Below the pieces are notes generated by a model. The model searched no databases, was not told the DNA's origin, and saw only the letters and a program-made list of their open reading frames with translations. This document shows, in pieces, positions 50,669 through 61,199 of a stretch of DNA of 64,000 bases. Source of the DNA: Pelomyxa schiedti (taxonomy: Eukaryota > Protista > Evosea). How positions within the stretch are numbered: position 1 is the stretch's first letter; the number at the start of each line of letters is the position of its first letter. The position numbers and the translations under genes are program-made. The stretch spans positions 7,677-71,676 of the forward strand of contig JAHLWZ010000856.1 of NCBI GenBank assembly GCA_020536535.1, given 5' to 3'.

Positions 50669-51056
50669 CTCCTTGTGTTGATTTAAGAGTGCGTTTGAAA
50701 CTTGATTGGCTACTGCCGAGAAAAAAAAAAATAGACAGACACCCGCACTCTCGTTGTTTCGAAAACTTTGTTTTTTCTTTTTTGGCTCTTCACTCACTTT
50801 GATTTTGGGCGAAAACTATGCCGTGAAAGCGCACGCAGGCTCATCTCATCCAAGCTGATTCACAGCTCCCCCTGCAAGCGCATGAGTTGTGGAATACTAA
50901 TAACATGGCTTCGAATCCGATAGTCTAGCTTCTTTCTGTTTTCTTAGCTTGGCTATTTCTAATTTTCTTTTTCACTTTTGGCTGACTCGGCCAATTCCAC
51001 GGTCAGATCTGCACCTTCTGGAAACCATAATCTGAACGAAAACAAGCCAAGCAACG

Positions 51057-53060
51057 ATGTCAACCCTCGAAGTCTGCGAGCCTTGCCTTCTCCCCGACTA
51101 CTGCGACAACACCTTCGTGAGCGCAGGGTTCCCCGCCTGGGGCGACCCCGACGACCCCTCGTGCCTCGCCCCCGCGCCCTCCCTCCTCTACCAGCAGAAC
51201 CTGCTCGACTTTTCTTCCTCGGCCGCAGCCGCCCCAGGGTCGCCCCTGCCTCTGCCACTGCCACTGCCCCTGGACGGGCTCGCTCCCGCCAGCCCCCCCG
51301 CGTGCTCTCCCTCCGGCCGCTACTGCTTCGAGCCGCCTCCCCCGCTCCCCCTGCAGGGCGTCGTGCCCGCGCCCGGCTCCTGCTCCCCGCCGTCCTCGTC
51401 GTCTACCTCTTCTTCGTCCACCTCGTCCCCGCTGCCATACTCGTTTGGATCTTGCTCCGATGACAGCACGACGCCGCCGCCGCCGCAGATGCAGCAGCAG
51501 CAGCAGCCGCAGACGATTCTTGTGCCACAAATGATTCCGCCGGGAATGGAACTGGCCTTCTTGCCGCAGCCTTGTCTCGGTTCTGATCCATCCGCTGCAC
51601 TACCCTGTGCCTCTATTATGGGTGAGGCCCCACAGCAAGACAGACCAAAGAGAAGAAGATGTGGGCAGCAGCAATTAGATTGGCACTTACAAACCAATTC
51701 TATTCTAGTCACGAATCCAAACCCGGTGGGGAACTATGATCCTGCCGCAATTGCATCCACGTCACCTGTTTTCCCTACTACAATGCCAGTTGTGAACCCA
51801 CCCCCTGTTGGTGTTAAACTTCCACGTTCTATGCTGCTGAAAATGTCAACTGGTGACATTCTGGAATATGCACGTTCTGTAAGCTCGACCCGCGTTCTTA
51901 CTACAGAGGAAATCCGCGATCTCAAGAAGCAAAAACGGTGCGTGAATATTGTGCTCGTAATCGGTACTAACCAATAGTAGTATGGTTAGAAACAGGGAGT
52001 CAGCACAACTTTCTAGGCAAAGAAAGCGAGAACAAGTGGAACAACTGGAGGAAATTGTACGGAATCTCTCAAACGAGAATGACGCACTTAAGAAAGCTGC
52101 AGTAGATATGCGAACGCAACTTTCAAACTTACAGTAGGTCTGCAGAGTTCTTTCCTGTCTAAATAGTTGTATCAGGACTGAAAACGACCACTTGAAGAAA
52201 CAGATTGCTGCAATCGAGGCTCATGTGTCGCGTCAGCCACCCACAGCGCACTCAACTGCATTCTCGTCCAAGCGAATTAAAGTCACTGGTGTAGCTCTCA
52301 TGGTACCTTCTATCTCCTTTCAACATACTTCTAAGGCTTCCTGTAGTTAGTTCTTTTTGTTTTTGGATTGGGTATGCATCAGCTGTATGGGGCAAGGTTA
52401 GAAGGAACCCAAGGTAACCATCTTCAGCAAGCTGAATTTTTCCGTACAAGTATGTCCATCTATTCATCATATTGTGTAGTAACCCACTTAGATATGGAAC
52501 TACCAGTAGAAGATGTAAGAGTCTCTAGAATCCTTCTAGAAGTGTGTTCTGTCTGTTCTGTTAATTGTTCCTCAACTCCTTAGGAAAAAGCGAACCGTGA
52601 AGAACGAATTGATTTTGATGCACAAATACTCCCTGTCACTCCAAAATCACACCTTCTTTCCTCCGCCGAGAGATCCGGTAACGCCCTTGTTCTGAGCAAG
52701 TCAGCAAACCGCCTACCTCCCAACATTCCCCAGATGCCTCCAGACTCCTTGGTAATCTCCCACATGCTTCCACCACTTATTCCTCTTAACTCACGCCCGC
52801 ATTTTCAGTTTGCTGATCCTGACTGGACTCCCAAGAACATGACATACCTAGTTGCTGAAAACGTGGTGAGGTTTGACCCGCCGTGGGCCACACCCAACAT
52901 CCTCTTTGACGAAGACCCATCCTTTGCGCTGCTGTTGCCCTACAGCAGCCTGAATAGAAGTGGACCGGCTTCCATTACAGGAGGAGAAATAGTTGAAGTT
53001 ACATGCACAGTCATTGGTGTCAGCCTGATTCCACAGAACTGCTTGCCCAAGCAGGACTAG
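51057..53060 (+). CDS. Membrane-tethered bZIP transcription factor (ATF6/CREB3-like)
   Basis: LKKQKRMVRNRESAQLSRQRKREQVEQLE leucine zipper; TM TGVALMLVLFVFGLG; downstream SRILL. Confidence 0.82.
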
Positions 53061-53382
53061 GTGTATTTTGTGTCTGAGTGTTAATCTTGTACTTTTAAAA
53101 GCAAACAAAATCCCCCCCTCTCACAAACAGCAACCAAACAAGCCACCCAACCAATCACCCAAATGCACATTCTCTCTGTTAGTGAAATCCTTTCCTCGCA
53201 CCTGAAAACAACAGGTCAACAGTTCCTTGTTTGGGAAATGAATTTTTACAAAATTCATCTGCCGGTCCTAGCTTCGACTGCACTTCCTTGATTCAAGCGA
53301 AGGAAAATGTAAAGTGATTCAATTTGACATTTAACAAAAACAGAAAAAAACCGTTTCTCTCGGGGCAGCGTGGGTGGTACAA

Positions 53383-55166
53383 ATGGGTGCAGGAAGCAGT
53401 ATTAAGCCCGGAAGTGCGCCACCAAGGCAGATCCAACGCAACGTAGTTGTGAGGAAGATTCCGACGTCTCATCATCATGGTGCTGTAACGGGTGGTGCCT
53501 TTGGATCTAGATCTCCGCCGATTGAGTCAGTAAAGCGCTCAGCGCCTACACCTTCGATCACGCGGCCTATTGCTGTGAGTCCAGCGAGGATTTCGTCGTC
53601 TCCGCCACTTGGGGATCTATCGAGTGCACCCAGTTTGCCACCGAGCAAGTCGCCGCCGCTGGCAAAGTCTCCTCAGTTGTCAGTTTCACCTGTTGTCCCG
53701 CATTTCCCGCTGAGCCCATCGAGCTCTCCATCACCTGGTGCTCTCAGAGTGCCTGTATCAGTGTCAACGTCTCCGGCAAGTACCTGGTCTACTTCTCAGG
53801 ATGGAGAGGTGGCTGCCTTGAGGGAGAGAGTTGCTCAACTGGAGCACGAACTACAGTACCCGTTTGAGGCTTCTATGTTGGTTCTAATGTCTTCGAACTT
53901 TTCTTTTTTTCTTTCTTTCAGGCTTGCAAAAGCTAGGCAGCAACAAGACGCTGCTGAGCAGTACGGAGGAGTTCTCACCAAAACTGTTTCTTGCCCGGCA
54001 CAGTTCATGCCAATGTTCAAGCAAGCAGAGGAAAGAGTTGCCAGCTATTTTGCTCAGAAAGTTGAGGACCCGTCCTCGGCTTCCATCAGTATCATGGACG
54101 AGGTGAGATTTTTATATTTTTTACAGGATCCATCCATCTTTTCATGGATTCCTTAACCCCAAAATAAAACAACATCAGCGAACTGTGAGCTTCCTTTTCT
54201 TTTTCTCCTTTCTCATGTGCCTCAAAGAGATATATTATTATCCGTGGTTCTGCCATGTCCGTTGAGTTTTTCCGGCTTGTATCCACAGTTTTTGGTTCAG
54301 GCAAGAGAAGGCAGGCACTCGAGTTCACCAGAAATATCTTGTATGATTTGGCACAGGTTTTCTTATTGTTAAATGGGGTTATTTTGATCTTGGGCTAGGT
54401 TATTGGGAGAACTGATGCACAGGTCTTCAAAGCTAAAATGAACATCACCGATCCAATCATTCACCTAGCTGCCGGTACAGTTCATTTTGCTTTTGCAGGT
54501 GAAGCTGTATTCCCCATTCAACTGTAATATTCATCTGACGTAGGTTGGGCACACGTTAGAGTACTGCCAGAATCAGTTCCCATAGGACTTCCAGAAAAGT
54601 ACTTCCTTTTCTATGAACACCCATACTCCTTTGAGGCACAGTCATATATTGAAAATGGAGAAACGGTGTGTCCTCGTGGAATTAAGACTGCATTGTTTGA
54701 CAAACGCAGGTCGATACCCCGATATGTGTAATGAGTGCCGGGTACTCTGCTGGCTGGTGCTCGGAAGCTTTTGGACTGGATACGTGCGCAACGGAAGTGC
54801 TATGTAAAGCCAGAGGTAACTCAAAGAAAACTATTCAAGTGGTATTCACTGTACACAGGAGATGAGTGTTGCCGGTTCCTTATGAGCCACCCTTCAACAA
54901 TAAAGCAACGTGTACTGGAATACAAGCAGAATCACCCAAATCTTAATGTGTTCACAGACGGAGCACCCGGGGTATAGTAATCCTCTTGAACTCGAAAGAA
55001 ATCTCACTTGATGTCACAGTTCTTCCTCTCAGGTAAAGCTGATGAAGACCTAAGAACCCAGGTTGTAAATGCCGAAGCCACGGCATCGGAGCTGTCACGT
55101 AAAGTCGACCAACTTCTCAAAGAAAAAGAGGAAGCCTACAACAAAGTGATAAACCTCTATGTATAA
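53383..55166 (+). CDS. Stand-alone V4R/XylR-N-like bacterial-type sensor domain protein flanked by coiled coils, intron-containing
   Basis: RYIIIRGSAMSVEFF, LYDLAQVIGRTDA, HFAFAGWAHV, YEHPYSFEA, PICVMSAGYSAGWCSEAFG, EVLCKARGDECCRF (V4R E-x-x-C-x3-G-x3-C-x-F). Confidence 0.78.
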
Positions 55167-55324
55167 TAGAGGTACCACTATGTACTGTATGTACTCAATA
55201 CACCCCCACCCTCAAGATAAAAAGAAAAAGAACAAAAATTTCATTTTGGAAAACATGCGTTCCTTTTTTCTCGAACGCACATTTCTTTTTCCTTTTCCGA
55301 TTCAAACATAGAGAACTTTGATCT

Positions 55325-58300
55325 ATGTCAGACGACGCACAGCAACAAACGCCGATCGCCACACAACAAGCAAATTCGGTCCCCCAAGTGACACCGCAAT
55401 GCATGTGCGGATCTGCGACAGCTGCAACCACTACGACCGCGACGACTACGGCTACATCAACGACAGAAACCACCACTGCAGTGACAAAAGAAAACGAAAT
55501 AATAAGCAGTGTCAATGTCAGTGTAAGTGGCAACGACAGCGGCGTCACCACTGGGAATCACACCGATACAGAGCCGTGTCTTCCGTCGCCTCTTCGTTTT
55601 GAAGATGCAGCAGTTTCGTCGTCGTCGTACTGCGACGATGGAGTAGCGCCCACGCAGGAGCAACAGCAGGAAATGTTTTTCAACGGGGACTATATCTGTG
55701 GTGGCGAGGGCGTGGCGATACGAATGTCTGACCTCTCGCACTCGAAGCACCGGCGGGCAGGCCTCCCAGTACCTCACTCGCCCGCTTCTGGCCCTTTTCC
55801 GCGTGGCTATTCTGCGTCTTCCGTGGCTTCACGCTCGTCTTCTACATCGTCGTGCGTGAGCACGTCTGCTTCATCGAGGAGCGCAAGTGTGATGCAGGCT
55901 CTCAGTGTAACGCACAGGAAAACTCACCAGTATGAGTCATCAAACTTGGACAGAAGCGAGAACGCAGTGATCAGAGCCGTGAACTATGCGGAGTCTAACG
56001 TGCCAAACTATGGTTCCTCTCTGCTCTCATTTGAGCAGCGTGTAACAAGTGTGAGGCTGTTTGACTTTGAGTCTTCGTCGTCTATGGCCCTTCAGTGGTG
56101 GAAAGACACTGGATCACAATGGTTGTGCGTTGCTTGCATTGGAGTTTTCACTGCACTGATAGCTTTTCTCGTTTCCGTGATTTCGACTGTTGCCCGCACT
56201 GTGATTCTTCGTATTATAAATGCAATTGGAAATGACAATGCTGCGAAACACATTGCCAGTTGTTTGGTCTTTGCAACATCTGGGGCAATTTTTGGCACCA
56301 TTGCGGGCCTAATTCTGCTTCTCTTTGACCCTGGGCTTCGTGCAGCCACCACGGAAGCACTGTGCTTCCTTAATGGAATTGTTGTTGATAAGTCCCTGAC
56401 AATCAAAAACCTGATTGCCCATGTTACTTCGTTGGTTATGGTGTCATCCAGTCCTCTATGCGTCTGTAAGGAAGGACCTATGCTGGGCATCGGCTCACAA
56501 GTTGGATATGCTATAAGCAGATTGGGGCATATTAGAGGCTTGTTTGACGAATATGATGTCAGGGATATGGTACATGAGTACTGTCATCATTGAACTATTT
56601 AAATAAATACGCAGGTAAGTGTTGGCCTTGCCTCTGGTATGGCAGCAGCATTTGGAGCTCCTGCCGGAGCTGTGATATTCGCGTTAGAGAAGGGCTTCCA
56701 TTTCTCCATTTCCCTGCTGCAAAAGTTATTGTTCTCTTGCATGCTTGCATGCTTTGTTCTTAGCTTTCTGTTGACCGGTGTTCATGGTAAGAACCCTTTC
56801 TAATCATTTATCTGACTCTGTGCTAGAAAATAAATGGGGTGACTTCTCAACAGATAGCCTGTGCCATTTTGGCCAATTCAGCAACTCTATTTTCAACATC
56901 AAACAGCTTTTCGCCTTTGTGTTGATGGGCATTGTCGGGGGGTTGATAGGTTCTCTCTACAACTTTCTTCACCTTCTTGTTGCCCGATTCCGTAAAGCTG
57001 TATTTAAAACACCCCGAATGAGATTTCTGGAAGTTATCCTTCTCTCCCTGATCACAGGTACAATTGCAGCCAGTCTGTCTTCCTGGTAAGTAATTATTTC
57101 ATACTTTTGGCGAGATATCTAAATTCCCTTAGGTTACCAAGATGTACCCCACTACCACCGGAGGATGGGGATGTAGATCACAGCGAGCTATTGGGCGTAT
57201 TTTGTCCAACAGGCGAATACAACTTGATGGCCACACTGTTGATTAATAACCAAGAATCTGCGATTAACTTCCTGTTGGTTGTTTTTGTATGTTATTATTT
57301 CGAGTGGTGCAACGTTATTGTGACTGTGATTGTGTTTCTGGCTTTTTCTTTTCCTCCTTTGTGACTCTCAAGCATCTTTTTCAAGGTTTCATGAATCCAC
57401 ATCTGTGGACAGAACAGCCCTGATAGTTTTCTGTCTCGTATTTTTCGTGCTCTCCGTGTATAGCACAGGCGCTGGCGTGCCTAACGGATTTTTCATGCCA
57501 CCGCTTCTGGTTGGTGCCAGTGCTGGAAGGCTCCTAGGGGAAGTGCTACATGACTCACTGCAGAGAGCAGAGGTTAATGCCGGATTCATGGCATTCATTG
57601 GAGCCGCCAGCGTCCTTGGTGGTGTTACTAGGATAACTATGTCGCTCGCTGTTGTACTGAGCGAGGCTGTAAATCAAGCTGCATGGCTCTTATTCCTGAT
57701 GATCGATGTTATCTTTGCCAAAGTCGTGGGCGAGTTCATCATACCTGGAATCACCACAATCGATTTTAGGCTAAAGGACTACCCTGTCTTGGAGTGGGAT
57801 GCCCCACACCAACTCTGTGAATACATCGTACACGACGTAATGCACAAGCCAGTGATTGCTCTCCCGCCCCTGTGCACCGTACGTCAGATACAAAGGGTGC
57901 TTGAATCCTGCTCACACAATGGATTTCCCGTAGTAAACACAACCGACATAGAGAAGGGAGACACACCCCTTCTGGGCCTCGCACTACGCAAACAGCTTGA
58001 AGAGCTAGTACGCAACGCAACAACCCGCACCGCCGACGAACTCGAGGTGCATACAGAGCATCAGCCCAACGCGGACACCGACGCCATAGCAGCCAAGCAG
58101 CCGCACAGGCACCACAAGAAGCACACACACAAGCCCTCTTGGGTTACTCGCAATGGTGTATGCGTGAGTAACGCCACAACCCCAGGACCGGAGCACACCG
58201 GCTCATCACCCCTGATCGACCTGGAGCCACTGGTGTATCACACTGTCACTGTACCACCACACATAAGCTGCGAGAGGGCTTTCCACATTTTCCGCACGCT

Positions 58301-58490
58301 TGGGCTCCGGCACCTTGTTGTTGTGGATGAAAACAATGTGCCTGTGGGCATTGTGACCAGAAAGGACCTATTCTTCTTGAGGACTGCTGTGGACATGGTG
58401 GACTCTGGTGGAATTGTCTCCCAGAGCAGAATAGCCCGGAGAGCTAGATCACTAAAAGACAGGCTATCTTCAGCCCTCTACGGCAATTAA
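55325..58490 (+). CDS. CLC chloride channel/transporter (CLC-6/7-like) with two CBS domains and divergent pore motifs
   Basis: KEGPM, GMAAAFGAPAGAVIFALE, GVPNGFFMP, LGGVTRITMSL, HNGFPVV, FRTLGLRHLVVVD...GIVTRKDL. Confidence 0.92.
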
Positions 58491-58680
58491 TTCCCTCTTC
58501 ACTTATTCACCAAGAACAACCAACCATAAGAAGAAAAAACCCAGACCTGGGCCTTCCTTTTTGTTTGGTGTTTGTTGTCAAATAAATGTTTTCTGGACTG
58601 TGTTTTATTTTTTGGAGGGCAACAGCTGCTTGAAAAATGCAACAGAGTCATTGATTATCCTTTGTTTTGTTTTCCTACTA

Positions 58681-60840
58681 CTAGTTAACACTGTCCTCGT
58701 CATCATCGCGGTGATGATGGTGATGGTGATGGTGGTGCTTGTGTTTCACTTTACCTCCAGCCATCAAGAAAGCTATCTGGTCAGGTGACTTGCCCTTGGT
58801 CTCGGGTATCAGAATGAAACTGAAAATCAGGGCTATGACTGCAAACGCCATGAAACCAAAGAACACAGTCTGCTCGTTTGTGAGGTCAATGAGGCTCAGG
58901 AATGAGGCTGACACTGCGAAGTTGGTTATCCAGCTCACACCCAATGCAAGACTCATAACAACAGCCCTTATTTCGTTGGTGCATACCTCCGAGATGACAA
59001 TCCAAGGAACACACTGGGGATTGAAATGAGTGTTTGCGGAAGAGGCGGGTTTTTACCCCCAGACTGACGGCAAATCCCATGACAAATGTTATTGTGCACA
59101 CAATGGTGATTGCTCCCATAGCACTCTACGGAAAATTAGAGAGCTTTCCAAATCAAGTATTCATACGTCAGAAAGCTCTGAATCAAAGAAGAATGCTGCA
59201 GCTATGCCAAACAAACTCAATATCATAGAAGACAAACCAATCAACAGGAGTGGTTTTCGTCCAGCTCGGTCAAGAATGAAAACACTGACAACAGTCATGA
59301 ATATCTGACATTGATTTGATTTTACGTTTCTTAAAGTGGAGCACTACATTGATAGCACCGACTAAAATCGAAACAAGATTGGAGCTGTCAGCGCTCATGC
59401 CCGCTTTTTGGAAGAATGTGGACATGTAGTACATGATCGCATTGATTCCGGTAATCTGTGTTCCTTGAGAAAAGAAAAGGACAGGAAAAAGAAGTACTTG
59501 TTGGAAAAAGCTAAGACCCAGAGAAATAACAACAGGTCGCCATTTCATCAATGAAAAAACCGCAAGTCCTGACACTTTCTTCCCCGCAGGCTGTTTTGAT
59601 GACTGCTCGAGCTCCTCAAATTCTAGAACAGTATTAAGGGGGAAAAAAAGAAATCTATCTGCTCACCAGCAGTAATATCGCCATTCAGGCGCAGGTAAGA
59701 AAGCATGGATTGCGCCTCTGTTGCCTTCCCTTTAATAATAAGCCAGCGAGGAGTCTCAACACGTATAACAAAAGCACCAACAACGTGGATTATTGGCTAC
59801 AGAGGTGTCATTGCAAGAACGCAGAAAAAAAGGATGTAAAGTTCGCGAAGTTTCCATTCGAAAAGGCATGCCATTAATGCGCTGCACTGTGTGTTTTCGT
59901 GTTGACCCTAATGGGGGATGTATACAAAGAGAGCTGCGAAGGCAAACATCCACCTCCAATCATATTTCACGCCAGTGAAGGCAGTTCCCACTATATATGA
60001 CAGTTCAATGCCGATCGTGATACACAGTTGGTTCGTAGTTCCAATTTCACCACGAATAGATTTTGGAGCAATCTCTGTTACCTTTTTGTGGATTATTTTT
60101 TCTGGCGGAGAGTGAGGAATTAAGGTTGACAGCAACCATTAAAGGTACAACGACAGAGGCAACACCTGTTGACGATCATCAGATGTATCGCGTAAAACAA
60201 CATGAACAAACCTATGCCCAAACCAGTTATGAATCGGCCTACTAAAAGCATATAATATTCCACTGAGCCAGAACAAATTCCAATCCCTTGTAGTTTTAGC
60301 GAACCTCAGAATAAAACATGGGTTTACCTATGAGAAATACAAAGTCATTTGCAATGAGGACTTTATTCCTCCCAAACATATCTGCAAGAATACCCGCTAC
60401 GAGAGCCCCAATAAGACAAGCTATCAAAATGATACTGCCAAAAGTATGAACTTAACAGTTTACTTTGTAGATCTAGAGGTGCAAATAGCACTATAATACC
60501 CACCTCACAACGCATTCTTGTTGGAAAGTGTTTAGATCCCACTCGTCACTTACAGGAGCCAGTGCAGGAGAAACAATAGCTAAAAAGAATGAAAAATAGT
60601 ACTTTGCAAAAAGAATGTGTCTGCGAGTTATCATATTTATTGTTTATGAATTGAAACCAATAAAGAGACGTTAGATCGCACACATGAATTGTAGCCAAAG
60701 CCCAAAGCGCCCATGCAATGGACGACGGCAACGACATAGAGGAACACACGCAATTTCGGGGGAATGAGGGTGGGTGCAGCGGCAGATCCTTGCTGTTTTG
60801 CCGACGGCGACAACAATGGCGTTGTGTCCCGGTGGTCCAT
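58681..60840 (-). CDS. MFS sugar porter (GLUT-like)
   Basis: LGFGYNS, ADMFGRNK, EIAPKSIRG, ETPRWL, QQITGINAIMYY, DRAGRKPLL, PETKGKS; poly-His tail. Confidence 0.92.
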
Positions 60841-61199
60841 CTTGTCTGTGGGGCTCGGGTTTTTTCTTGTTTTTCTGACTCCCGGGTCGAGAAGGGATTT
60901 CGTGCCAAGGTCCACAAAAATTGGGGAAAGTGATGATCGAGTTGCCCGTTGCCCTTCCGTTTCATCCAACGGCCGTTAGAATCACATTCGTGCCGTGGGT
61001 GTAATGGCGACTAGACCACGTGCCTACAAGCAAGCCAACAGCAACACACAACGAGCGTCGTACGGGACCCACGTCATCGTTTCGGCCCGTACACCGCACG
61101 CACACGCATGCTCGAGGCGGGGAGCACGAGGTGCGTCTAGTGCGGTGAACGGAATGCATTACTGTTGCCAGAGAACCTAGGCTATGTCTAGGTCTTTTG

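Noticed and set aside
22171-55166. Bacterial contamination explaining anmK, the MtnA-like gene and the V4R gene
   Set aside because: All three carry host-style GT-AG introns and lie between eukaryotic genes.
60990-61100. tRNA-like start (gccgtgggtgtaatggcg) with an A-box-like motif
   Set aside because: No GTTCRA T-loop and no complementary acceptor stem; a cloverleaf cannot be built.
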